Below, in pieces: positions 37,570 through 46,883 of a stretch of 64,000 bases of DNA. The notes under the pieces were generated by a model. That model worked only from the letters and a program-made list of their open reading frames with translations. It did not search any database and was not told where the DNA came from. Position numbers and translations under genes: made by a program. Each line of letters starts with the position of its first letter. The stretch's first letter is position 1. The stretch covers positions 3,020,616 through 3,084,615 of the forward strand of contig OZ245843.1 in NCBI GenBank assembly GCA_965228875.1, written 5' to 3'. The stretch is from Thalassobaculaceae bacterium (GTDB lineage: Bacteria; Pseudomonadota; Alphaproteobacteria; Thalassobaculales; Thalassobaculaceae).

Positions 37570-37793
37570 GCTCACCTGACGGTATGCATTCCCCTCGCAC
37601 GAGACTATGCGGACCAATGGTGAAAAGTTCGTTTACAAACAGTTGCCTCTGCATCCACCGGTCTCACCGGCGCCTGCCGAAGCGCCGCGACCGCCTGCAG
37701 GCACGGGTCGGGTGGCGAGAAGGGTGACCAGGCACAGCAACAGAGGGGAGCAGGCGGGTTCCGCATAGCCAAGCCGGCGGCTAACGTGCGCCG

Positions 37794-39005
37794 ATGACAG
37801 TCTCCACCGCGATCCCACCCTGGCTGCGCATCGCCCTCGGCGCCCAGGCCGGGCTGCTGGTCGGCATGGGTCTCGGCCGCTTCTCCTACACGCCGATGGT
37901 CCCGGCGCTGATCGGCTCCGGCGCCCTGTCCGAGGCCGAGGCTGGATATGTTGGTGCGATCAACCTCGGCGGCTACCTGATCGGAGGCCTGGCCGTTCCC
38001 TGGTTGCTGCGTCGCCGCGACCGGGTGACGTTGCTGCGGGCAAGCCTGGTCGTCTCCGCCCTCGCCCTGCTGGCCTGCGTCATCTTCGACGGCTTTCTCT
38101 GGCTGGCGGTCTGGCGCGGCGTGCTCGGGGTCGCGGTGGCGATCATCATGATCCTCGGCGTCTCGAGCGTGACGGCCACCGCCCCGCCGGGCCGCACAGG
38201 GACCGCCGCCGCAATCGCCTATGCCGGGGTCGGACTCGGCATCCTCCTGGCGGCGGCCGGTCTGCCCTGGCTGCTCTCGCTCGGCGTGATCTGGGCCTGG
38301 GGCGGCGCGGCCGCGATCGGCGCGATCGGCATGGTTCTCGGCCTCTGGGCCTGGTCGGGACCCGCGGCAGAGGCGTCGCGGGCGATTCCGCCACCGCCGG
38401 AGAAGATGCACGCGCTGCGCGGCGACGGCCTGCGTCTGGTGCTGGCCCAGGGGCTGTTCGCCGTCGGCCTGGTTCCGCATTCGATCTATTGGGTCGACTA
38501 TCTGGTGCGCGACCTCGCGTGGCCGGTCGGCGCGGCGGGCGGACAGTGGATGCTGTTCGGCGCCGCCGCGATCGGCGGGACGCTGATCTGGGGCCGGGTC
38601 GCCGACCGGGTCGGGTTCCGGCCGGCCCTGGTCGCCGTCTACCTCAGCCTTGCCGCCGGCGCCGCGCTTCCGGTCCTCGTCCCCGGGCCGACCACGGTAT
38701 TCGCCTCCAGCCTTCTGGTCGGCGCCCAGCCGGGCCTGACCGCGATCATCGCCGGTCAGGCCCAGCGGGTGATGGGATCGGGGTCGATGCTGGGTCTGTG
38801 GCGCTGGATGGTGCTGTCGGTGGGGGCCGCCCAACTCGCCGGCGGCTACGGCCTGGTGGCGCTGTTCAACGCCACCGGTTCCTATCTCGCCGTGTTCCTG
38901 ACCGGCGCCGGCGCATTCGCCGCCGGCGCCGTGCTGGTCGCCGGTCTATCGTCGTCGGCAGACAGAAGGCCGGAAGACGCGGAAGACCGGATCGCTTCGA
39001 CCTGA
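37794..39005 (+). CDS. YbfB/YjiJ-family MFS transporter
   Basis: GMGLGRFSYTPMVP, NLGGYLIG; about 12 TM segments. Confidence 0.88.
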   Translation: MTVSTAIPPWLRIALGAQAGLLVGMGLGRFSYTPMVPALIGSGALSEAEAGYVGAINLGGYLIGGLAVPWLLRRRDRVTLLRASLVVSALALLACVIFDGFLWLAVWRGVLGVAVAIIMILGVSSVTATAPPGRTGTAAAIAYAGVGLGILLAAAGLPWLLSLGVIWAWGGAAAIGAIGMVLGLWAWSGPAAEASRAIPPPPEKMHALRGDGLRLVLAQGLFAVGLVPHSIYWVDYLVRDLAWPVGAAGGQWMLFGAAAIGGTLIWGRVADRVGFRPALVAVYLSLAAGAALPVLVPGPTTVFASSLLVGAQPGLTAIIAGQAQRVMGSGSMLGLWRWMVLSVGAAQLAGGYGLVALFNATGSYLAVFLTGAGAFAAGAVLVAGLSSSADRRPEDAEDRIAST

Positions 39006-39010
39006 CCCGC

Positions 39011-39086
39011 AATCGCCCTCTAAGGCATTAAAAACAGAGCAAATTCACACGATCAGATGTTTCCATCTGATCCTGATTTTCTCTAG
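39011..39086 (+). repeat. Palindromic element, partial copy E (spacer plus right arm)
   Basis: AATCGCCCTCTAAGGCATTAAAAACAGAGCAAATTCACACGATCAGATGTTTCCATCTGATC..CTCTAG. Confidence 0.92.
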
Positions 39087-39979
39087 GCGGCGAAGGCGCT
39101 CCGCGCGCCACCGCTCTTCTGGGTCTTGAAGATCGAACCGGACTCCGGTGCCGGCGGCAGCGGCATGCGGATCGGCACCGCTTCCATGCGCGGCTGCATC
39201 GTCAGACCGCCGGTGATGATCCGGTTCTGCAGGTCGGCATAGAACGCGCGCTGGCCGAGGCTGTGGATGTAGGACCCGGCCCCCAGGATCGGCCACGCGT
39301 CGGCGGCATGGCACTCGTAGAACAGGATCAGCCGGTTGCGGTCGCTGACGTTCGGCGCCGAGCCGTGCAGGGTCCGGGCGTGGTGAACGGTCATCGAGCC
39401 GGCCTTGCCGGTCAGGGTGACGGCCCTGTCCAGGTGGAAGTCGGGGTCCGACGGATCCACCGCGCCGCAGAACACACCGTCGGCATTGGTGTGGGCCAGA
39501 ACCGGACCCTTGTGGCTACCGGGAACGACCTTCAGCGGCCCGTTGTCCTCCTCCACATCCTCCAGCATCAGCCCGAAGGCCAGCATGGAGTCGTTGGTGT
39601 GCGGATAGAACGCCCAGTCCTGGTGCCACTCAACCGCCTGGCCACCGCCCGGCGCCTTGGTGTTCAGCTTGCTGGTCTGGATCAGCGTGTCCGGTCCGAG
39701 CAGGTCGCCCAGCACGCCGGTCATCGGCGAGTTGCGGAGCACGTCCCAGAACAGCGGGTGCTGCTTGTGCGGCAGCTTGATGCGGGTCAGGCGCGGCGTC
39801 TCCGGCCCGTGACCGTCATCGAGGTCGAACCGGTCGTCGCTTTCAGTCACCGTCCGCGACTCGTCGATCAGCGCGTAGGTCACCGCCCGCAGCGCGTCGA
39901 GCTGCTCAGGCGTGACAGCGTCCTCCACCATCAGATAGCCGTTCTCGTTGTAGAATTCGATCTGGTCGCGCGACAGCAT
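39083..39979 (-). CDS. Phytanoyl-CoA dioxygenase (PhyH) family protein
   Basis: QIEFYNENGYL, WHQD, NGPLKVVPGSH, AGS..HH..TLHGS.PN.S..NR. Confidence 0.9.
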   Translation of the reverse strand: MLSRDQIEFYNENGYLMVEDAVTPEQLDALRAVTYALIDESRTVTESDDRFDLDDGHGPETPRLTRIKLPHKQHPLFWDVLRNSPMTGVLGDLLGPDTLIQTSKLNTKAPGGGQAVEWHQDWAFYPHTNDSMLAFGLMLEDVEEDNGPLKVVPGSHKGPVLAHTNADGVFCGAVDPSDPDFHLDRAVTLTGKAGSMTVHHARTLHGSAPNVSDRNRLILFYECHAADAWPILGAGSYIHSLGQRAFYADLQNRIITGGLTMQPRMEAVPIRMPLPPAPESGSIFKTQKSGGARSAFAA

Positions 39980-39998
39980 GGCGGTTCTCCCTGTTGTT

Positions 39999-40048
39999 AT
40001 GTTACCGATAACATTCACCCGTCGCCTCGTCAATGACATCGATATCAT
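39999..40048. promoter_or_regulatory. Two LacI-family operators
   Basis: ATGTTACCGATAACAT (39999-40014) and ATGACATCGATATCAT (40033-40048) between divergent phyH and lacI genes. Confidence 0.8.
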
Positions 40049-40077
40049 CTATACCCTGCCGTCGAATGGAGGGCCTG

Positions 40078-41091
40078 ATGACGGATGCGGGCAGCGGCTG
40101 GGTCACCATGGGCGACGTGGCAGAGCGGGCCGGAGTGTCGAAGATCACCGTCTCGCGGGTGCTAAGGGCGCCGGAGAAGGTGCGCGAGGAGACCCGGGAG
40201 CGGGTCCGCGCCGCCATCGCCGAGCTCGGCTACGTCCCCGACGAAGCGGCGGGTGGCCTGTCGTCGCGGCGCAGCCGCATCGTCGGCGCGGTGATCTCCA
40301 CGCTGGCCGGCTCCACCTTCGCCTCCACGGTCGACGGCCTCGGCGCCCGCCTGCGACAGGACGGCCACCAGCTTCTGCTCGCCGGAACGGACTATTCCGC
40401 CGCCAAGGAGGCCGAAGCGGTGGCCGCCATCCTCGGCCGTCGTCCGGAAGGCCTGGTTCTCACCAGCACGGCCCATACCGACGACGCGCGCCGCACCCTG
40501 GCCGCCAGCCGGGTGCCGGTCGTCGAGATCTGGGAACTTCCCGCCGACCCGATCGGCTATGCGGTCGGCTTCTCGAACCGGGACGCCGGTGCGACCATGG
40601 CCCGACACCTGCTCGATGCCGGCCGCCGGCGCCCCGCCTTCATCGGTTCCGGCGGGGAGGGCGACCGGCGCGGCAGGCTGCGCTACGAGGGGTTCGCCGC
40701 CATACTCGCCGAGAGCGGCATTGCCGAGGCCCGGGCGGTCACGCCGTCCGCCGGCACGCACACCGCCCGCGGCGCGCGCGGGCTCGCCACCGTGCTGGAG
40801 CGGTGGCCCGACACCGACTCCGTGTTCTGCGCCAGCGACGCCCTGGCACTCGGCGCCCTGAGCGAGGCGCGGCGACGCGGCCTCGCGGTCCCGGACGACA
40901 TCGCCGTCGCCGGGTTCGGCGACTTCGAGTTCGCCGGGCCGTTCGGTCTGGACCTGACGACGGTTCGAATTCCCGCCGCGGAGATCGGCGAGACCGCGGC
41001 CCGCCTGATTCTCGACGTGAACGCCGGGACGCCTCCCCGGGACGTCACGGTCGATCTCGGGTTCGAGCTCGTCGTCCGGTCGACCGCCTGA
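40078..41091 (+). CDS. LacI-family regulator (E. coli GntR/IdnR-like)
   Basis: VTMGDVAERAGVSKITVSRVL, LGYVP, PVVEIWEL, VGFSN, VPDDIAVAGFGD. Confidence 0.93.
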   Translation: MTDAGSGWVTMGDVAERAGVSKITVSRVLRAPEKVREETRERVRAAIAELGYVPDEAAGGLSSRRSRIVGAVISTLAGSTFASTVDGLGARLRQDGHQLLLAGTDYSAAKEAEAVAAILGRRPEGLVLTSTAHTDDARRTLAASRVPVVEIWELPADPIGYAVGFSNRDAGATMARHLLDAGRRRPAFIGSGGEGDRRGRLRYEGFAAILAESGIAEARAVTPSAGTHTARGARGLATVLERWPDTDSVFCASDALALGALSEARRRGLAVPDDIAVAGFGDFEFAGPFGLDLTTVRIPAAEIGETAARLILDVNAGTPPRDVTVDLGFELVVRSTA

Positions 41092-41109
41092 CGCCATGCC
41101 TGCCCACCG

Positions 41110-41123
41110 TTGATCGAGGTCAA
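41110..41123. promoter_or_regulatory. FNR/FixK box upstream of usp
   Basis: TTGAT-CGAG-GTCAA ending 56 bp before the start codon. Confidence 0.8.
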
Positions 41124-41179
41124 CGCACGGTCGCGATCGCCCTGATAGAAAGCGGGGAAACATCAGAGGAGGAGCGACC

Positions 41180-41593
41180 ATGACAACCAAGATCCTTGTC
41201 CCCGTCGACCTGGAACACGCTGACAAGCTCACCAAGGCGATCGGAGTCGCGTCGTCCATTGCCAAGGCCGAACAGGCAGAGCTCTGCTTCCTCGGCGTCA
41301 CCGGCACCACGCCGTCGGGGATCGCGCCGACCCCCGAGGCCTTCGCCGCCAAGCTGGAGAGTTTCGCCGCGGACCAGGGACGCACACGCGGCATCGCAAC
41401 CTCGGCCCGGGCGGTGACCGCCCACGACACGACCGCCGAACTGGCCCGGACGATCCTGGCCGGTGCCAAGGAGACCGGGGCCGACCTGATCGTCATGGCC
41501 TCCCACGTGCCGGGAGTGGCGGAGCATGTGTTCGCCACCCATGCCGGCTATGTGGCCAACCATGCGCCCGTTTCGGTCTACGTGGTGCGCTGA
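41180..41593 (+). CDS. Universal stress protein
   Basis: KILVPVDL, ADLIVMASH, VANHAPVSVYVVR. Confidence 0.92.
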   Translation: MTTKILVPVDLEHADKLTKAIGVASSIAKAEQAELCFLGVTGTTPSGIAPTPEAFAAKLESFAADQGRTRGIATSARAVTAHDTTAELARTILAGAKETGADLIVMASHVPGVAEHVFATHAGYVANHAPVSVYVVR

Positions 41594-41771
41594 GGCGGGT
41601 CAGCCCGGCACCCGCGTGGCGGATCGGATGCGGTGCCGCATGTCGGGGCGGGACAGCGTCGCGAGGACGCGCTAGGTTTGGCGAAAACCAACCCTGGAAA
41701 CGCCTTCAGATGCTGTCAAACATCGTGTCGTACCGGCGTGCGAGCGCCGAGCGCGGTCGGCGCGCGCCCTC

Positions 41772-43016
41772 ATGACCGAATGGCGGGCGGAGGACCGCCG
41801 CGCCCTGAGGCGGATCCTGATCCTGCTCGGGCTGTTCTTCGTCTTCGTGCAGATCAACCGCTCGGCGGGCGGCGTCCTGGCGAACCATCTGGGCACCCAC
41901 CGGGGCCTGTCGTCGACCGATATCGGCACGGTGATGGGCGCGATGTTCTTCGCATCCGCCGCCGTGCAGCTTCCCACCGGCCTGCTGTTCGACCGGATCG
42001 GCGCCAAGCGGACCCTGGTCGCCATGGGACTGGTGGCGATCGCCGGAATCGTCCTGTTCGCCGTCGCCGAGGAGACCTGGGCCCTGATGGCCGGGCGCCT
42101 GGCTATCGGCATCGGCCATGGCGGCGTCATCACCGCGGTCTATCTGATCGCCATGGGATGGGCACCGGCCGACCGGGTGGCCCAGGCGACGGCGAGCCTG
42201 GTCGGCATCGCCGGCGGCATCGGCGGGGTGCTGGCGACGGCGCCGCTGGAGTACCTGCTGTCGGAGGTGGGCCTGACCGCGACCTTCCTGACCCTGGCTG
42301 CGATCACCCTCGTTCTCACGTTCGTCATCCAGCTCACGGTGCATGACGGACCCGCCTCCGGCGGTCCGAAGCGCGACCCCGAGACGTTCGCCCAGTCGAT
42401 CGCCGGGTTGTGGGAGGTGGTCCGCATGCCGGAGCTGCGGCGGATCTACGTCATGGGCTTCTGCTTCACCGCCCCGTTCATGACCATCGGCGGCCTGTGG
42501 GCCGGTCCGTATTTCACCGACGTCCAGGGCCTGAGCCACGAACGGGCGTCGATCGCCCTGCTCATCATGGTGGTCGCCCTGCATGTCGGTACGTTCGCCT
42601 ACGGCCCGCTGGAGCGGATCGCCCGATCGCGGCGGCGCCTGATCCTCAGCGCCGTGACGCTGGAGGTCGCCTGCCTGGGCGTGCTGGCGATCTGGCCGGC
42701 GGCGCCCATGGTCGTTGCCGGACCGATCCTGTTCGTCTTCGGCTGCGTCGCGCCGTTCTTCGTCGTGCTGGCGAGCCATGCCCGCGGCTTCGTGCCGGCG
42801 CACCGCGCCGGGCGGGCGATCACCACGATCAACCTGGCGGGACTGACCGGCGTGTTCGTCCTGCAGACGGCAACCGGCGCTGCCATTGACTGGGTCAGGG
42901 CGACCGGCGGCGCGGACGAGACCGGCTACCGGATCGTGTTCGCCCTGGTCATCGCCGCCCTCACGGTCTCCGCCCTGCTCTATGCCGGCCAGCCGGAGAA
43001 GCCGCGGGACGCCTGA
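41772..43016 (+). CDS. MFS transporter
   Basis: QLPTGLLFDRIGAKR motif A; GRLAIGIG; about 12 TM segments. Confidence 0.9.
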   Translation: MTEWRAEDRRALRRILILLGLFFVFVQINRSAGGVLANHLGTHRGLSSTDIGTVMGAMFFASAAVQLPTGLLFDRIGAKRTLVAMGLVAIAGIVLFAVAEETWALMAGRLAIGIGHGGVITAVYLIAMGWAPADRVAQATASLVGIAGGIGGVLATAPLEYLLSEVGLTATFLTLAAITLVLTFVIQLTVHDGPASGGPKRDPETFAQSIAGLWEVVRMPELRRIYVMGFCFTAPFMTIGGLWAGPYFTDVQGLSHERASIALLIMVVALHVGTFAYGPLERIARSRRRLILSAVTLEVACLGVLAIWPAAPMVVAGPILFVFGCVAPFFVVLASHARGFVPAHRAGRAITTINLAGLTGVFVLQTATGAAIDWVRATGGADETGYRIVFALVIAALTVSALLYAGQPEKPRDA

Positions 43017-43021
43017 ACCGC

Positions 43022-43762
43022 TTAGCCGCCGGCGCGAACCTGCTCGACCATGTCGGCGAGCTGTTCCTTCGACACCGCGCCGGGGATCACCTGATCGCCG
43101 AGGGTGAAGGCGGGCGTACCCTGGATGTTCAGCGCCTGGGCGATCTTGTAGGCCTTCTGGATCTGGGTCTGCAGCGCGGGATCGGCCATGTCGGCCTTCA
43201 GCTTGGCCACGTCGAGCCCGACCTCGAGGGCGACCTGCAGGATCGCCTCGGTGCCGAGCCGGCCGCGCAGGCTGAGCAGTGCGGTGTGGAAGGCCTCGTA
43301 CCGGCCCTGCCGCTCGGCCGCGAGGGAGGCGAGCGCCGCCGTCTCTGAGGCCGGCCCCAGTATCGGGAACTCCTTGAGCACCAGACGGATATTCCCGTCC
43401 TCGCGCACCAGGTCGAACAGCGGCTTCAGCATCGTCTTGCAGTAGCCGCACTGGTAGTCGAAGAACTCGACGATCGTGACGTCGCCGTCTGGATTGCCGA
43501 GGACCGGATCGCCCGGATCGCGCTCCAGCGCCTCGCGGTGATCGGCCAGCGCCTGCTGCGCCGCCTGGTTCTTCTCCGCCTCCTCCCGGGCCTGCATGAT
43601 GGCCACGCTCTCGAGAATGATCTGCGGGTTCTGCAGGATGTAGTCGCGCACCAGTGCCTCGATCTCGGCCTTGCGAGCCGGCGAGAGCGGCTCATCGTGA
43701 GCGGCGGCCGGGGCGACGGACAGTCCGGCTGCGAGCAGGGCGACGGCGGTGGCGCGAAGCAT
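43022..43762 (-). CDS. DsbA/ScsC-like thiol-disulfide oxidoreductase
   Basis: Signal peptide; VRDYILQNPQII N-terminal helix; EFFDYQCGYCK; GTP cis-Pro loop. Confidence 0.9.
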   Translation of the reverse strand: MLRATAVALLAAGLSVAPAAAHDEPLSPARKAEIEALVRDYILQNPQIILESVAIMQAREEAEKNQAAQQALADHREALERDPGDPVLGNPDGDVTIVEFFDYQCGYCKTMLKPLFDLVREDGNIRLVLKEFPILGPASETAALASLAAERQGRYEAFHTALLSLRGRLGTEAILQVALEVGLDVAKLKADMADPALQTQIQKAYKIAQALNIQGTPAFTLGDQVIPGAVSKEQLADMVEQVRAGG

Positions 43763-43854
43763 CGAATTCTCCAAGGACCATGGGATCGGCGCATCCTGGA
43801 ACAGCGGCAGGCCGGCGTCCACCGGCGCGGCCGCGCCCAGGCATCACGGTGACG

Positions 43855-45243
43855 TCATTTCCGGCGCTGTGCCGCCCGTTCGCGCTTTGCCAGTTCCTCG
43901 ATGTCGAGCGCGCGGAGCATCGCCGGCGTGCCGGACTGCAGCATCGACTGCGCCCGCTTGGCCTGGATCTCCGCATTCTCCCACTGGCTCTGGCGTACCG
44001 CCTCCTCGGCCAGCGCCAGCGCCGCCTGGCCGATATCGCCGAGCCGCCCCTGCGCGGTGGCGAGCTGTCGCCAGAAGAACGGCCAGGCGGATTCCGACCG
44101 CCTCGCGTTCTGCAGATGTTCGAGCGCCTCACGGTCGGCTGCCGGGTCGTTCTTGGCCAGCAGGGCTTGCGCCAGCGACACCTCGATCAGGCCGGCGTCG
44201 GGAGCCAGTTCCCGCGCCTTCTTCATCGGCGGAATGGCGGCGTCGATCTGCCCGGACTCGAACAGCAACTGGCCCTCGAGCTCGTGCAGGAACGGATCCT
44301 GGGGAAAATCGGCGACCAGGCCCCGTGTGAGTTCGATCGCCTTGGGGTAGTCCGGCACCTCCCGATAGGCGATGGCGCGGGCCAGCCGCGCCGGCAGGCC
44401 GGTTTCGGTCTCCGGATACTTGCGGAAGGTGAGGGAGGGCGAGCGGATGAACCCGTGCAGCTTGGCTACCACCCGGTCGAACCGCGCCACCTGCTCCGGC
44501 GGGGCAGGCTGGTCGGCGAACCTCGACTTCTGGACATGCGCCTCGACGGTGTTCAGGCGCTCGCGGGTGAAGGGGTGCGTGGACAGGTAGGGCGACTGCC
44601 GCGACGGCGAGAGCAGCTCCTGCGCCGCCAGTTCCTCGAAGAACCGCGCCAGGCCGCTGGCCGACTGCCCGGTGGCGTCGAGGAACCGCAGGGCCGCCTG
44701 GTCGGCGGCCGATTCCTGGGCCCGGCTGTACTGCAGGAAGCTGCGCGTCGCGGCCGACTGTCCGCCGAGGGCGATTGCCGCGCCGGCATCGGCCCGCCCG
44801 GTGGCGACCGCCGTCGCCACGCCGACGATGGCCGAGAGCAGCGCCGTGCTGGACGCGCTGGCGATGGCGTCGGAGGTCCGGGCCAGGTGGCCGCCGGCGA
44901 TGTGACCCGTCTCGTGCGCCACCACGCCGATCAGTTCCAGCGGCGATCGCATCGCCATCATCAGGCCGGTGTTCAGAAACAGGTTCTGGCCGCCCGCCAC
45001 GAAGGCGTTCAGGCTGTCGTCGTTGATGATATAGATCGACACCGCCTCGGGGTTCAGGCCGGCCGCCTGGAACAGTGGCGTGGCCAGATCGCGGATGGTA
45101 GCTTCGATTTCCGCGTCCCGAATGAGGCTGCGCTTCTGGGCGTTCGCGCCCGAGGCCAGGGACAGAACCAGACATGCGGCGGTCGCAGCCGCGAGCACCC
45201 ACCGCCCCGGTCCAATGATGAATCGCATCACGCCAGCGCCCAT
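43855..45243 (-). CDS. M48 metalloprotease with TPRs (BepA/YfgC-like)
   Basis: LIRDAEIE, LNAFV.GG, AHETGH, YSRAQESAAD, YLSTHP. Confidence 0.92.
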   Translation of the reverse strand: MGAGVMRFIIGPGRWVLAAATAACLVLSLASGANAQKRSLIRDAEIEATIRDLATPLFQAAGLNPEAVSIYIINDDSLNAFVAGGQNLFLNTGLMMAMRSPLELIGVVAHETGHIAGGHLARTSDAIASASSTALLSAIVGVATAVATGRADAGAAIALGGQSAATRSFLQYSRAQESAADQAALRFLDATGQSASGLARFFEELAAQELLSPSRQSPYLSTHPFTRERLNTVEAHVQKSRFADQPAPPEQVARFDRVVAKLHGFIRSPSLTFRKYPETETGLPARLARAIAYREVPDYPKAIELTRGLVADFPQDPFLHELEGQLLFESGQIDAAIPPMKKARELAPDAGLIEVSLAQALLAKNDPAADREALEHLQNARRSESAWPFFWRQLATAQGRLGDIGQAALALAEEAVRQSQWENAEIQAKRAQSMLQSGTPAMLRALDIEELAKRERAAQRRK

Positions 45244-45307
45244 TCCCGATCGTTTCCGCCCGAAGACACCCTATCGACCCGTCGCCCACCGCGAAAGGGA
45301 CAGGGAG

Positions 45308-46879
45308 ATGAAACGTGCGAGACCGCTGTTTCCGGCACTCAGTACGCTGATTTTCGCGGGCCTGCTCGCGGCCTGCGCGTCGGATACCGTCGACCTGTCG
45401 GAGGGCTTCTATGGTACGGTCGTCGTCGAGGAACCCCGCGCCGCCCTTCTGGCCCGCGACGTTCTGGTGGACGGCGGCTCCGCCGCCGACGCCGCGGTCA
45501 CCGCCTTCTTCGCCCTGACGGCCACCCTTCCGTCGTCGGTGGGGCTGACCGCAACCGGCGCCTGCCTGATTCACGACCCGGCGACCAAGTCCTTCCAGCG
45601 CCTCGAGTTCCTGCCGCGGCCCGCGGCCGACGGTCCGGGGGCGACGGCACTGCCGGTCGCTCCGCGGGCGATGTTCGCCCTGCACGCCCGCCACGGCCGA
45701 AAACCGTTCGGCGAGCTGATCATTCAGGGAGAGCGCATCGCCCGCTTCGGCGCCCCGGTGAGCCGTGCCCTGGCCCGCGAGCTTGCCGACGACAGTGCGG
45801 CGGTGGCCGGCGACGCGGCCGCGGCCGCCGTGTACCGCCCCGGCGGCGTCCCGCTCGCCCAGGGCGCCACCTTGAGCCAGGTCGAACTCGCCGCCACCCT
45901 CGCCCGCCTGCGCGCGGAAGGGGCCGGGTCGCTGTATTCCGGGTCCCTGTCCCGCGACTTCATCGCCGGCGCGGCCGCCGTAGGCTACGCCGTCGACGTC
46001 GAACGGCTGCGCAGCACCCTGCCGACCTGGGCGCCGGTGACGCAGGTGGCCTACGACAACCATTTCTGGGCCATGGCCGCGCCGGACGGGCGTGACATCC
46101 GTCTGGCCGAGGCGACGCTCGGTCTGATCCTGGACGGGGCCGACTGGTCGGCCGGCGGCGAGGATGACCGCGCCCACCTGCTGGCCGAGGCACTGGTCGG
46201 CGCGACCCTGCTGTCCGGTCGCGACACGCCCCTGAGCGAAGACGTTCTCGAACAGGCCATGGGACGCTTCGCATCGGACCGGCGTGGGATGAGCCCGCCG
46301 CTGCCGCGCCTGGCCGCGACGTTGGGAACCGGCGCTGAGCGGAAGTCGGGCGCGACCGCGTTCTTCGCCGTCGATCGCAGCGGCCTCGCCGTCGGGTGCG
46401 CCGTTGGCCTCGGGGCGCCGTTCGGCACCGGCCGCATGATCCCCGGCCTCGGGGTGTTCCCGGTGTCGGCGGAGGCGCCGGCGCAGGACGGTCCGGGCGC
46501 CTTCGCGCTGATGGTGGCCAACGTCAACACCGGGCAGTTCCACATGGCCGCATCCGGCGCCGGCGGGCGGCGCGCGCTCTCGGCGGTGGTCGCCACGGCA
46601 CTCGACCACTGGGAGGATCGCATCCAGATCGAGGAGGCGCCGGGTCGGCCGCGCAGCCACTTCGCCGGCGGCGCCAACGTCCTGTTCGTCGAACCGGAGA
46701 CGGCAGCGGACACGGTCGAGGGTCTGCGCCGCCGGGGCTACACGGTCGCCCAGGCGCCGGGCATCGGGACGGCCAGCCTGTTCCGCTGCGTCGAGGGCCT
46801 GCCGCGCCGCGAGATCCGCTGCGGTATTGGCCAGGACCCCCGGAGCACCGGGCTGACCTTCTTCGAATTCGGAGGGTGA
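45308..46879 (+). CDS. Gamma-glutamyltransferase-like lipoprotein (divergent)
   Basis: Lipobox LAAC; GGSAADAAV..FFAL..T.PSSVGL; LAATLARL; FAVDRSGLAV; PFGTG; C-terminal DPR. Confidence 0.75.
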   Translation: MKRARPLFPALSTLIFAGLLAACASDTVDLSEGFYGTVVVEEPRAALLARDVLVDGGSAADAAVTAFFALTATLPSSVGLTATGACLIHDPATKSFQRLEFLPRPAADGPGATALPVAPRAMFALHARHGRKPFGELIIQGERIARFGAPVSRALARELADDSAAVAGDAAAAAVYRPGGVPLAQGATLSQVELAATLARLRAEGAGSLYSGSLSRDFIAGAAAVGYAVDVERLRSTLPTWAPVTQVAYDNHFWAMAAPDGRDIRLAEATLGLILDGADWSAGGEDDRAHLLAEALVGATLLSGRDTPLSEDVLEQAMGRFASDRRGMSPPLPRLAATLGTGAERKSGATAFFAVDRSGLAVGCAVGLGAPFGTGRMIPGLGVFPVSAEAPAQDGPGAFALMVANVNTGQFHMAASGAGGRRALSAVVATALDHWEDRIQIEEAPGRPRSHFAGGANVLFVEPETAADTVEGLRRRGYTVAQAPGIGTASLFRCVEGLPRREIRCGIGQDPRSTGLTFFEFGG

Positions 46880-46883
46880 GGAC

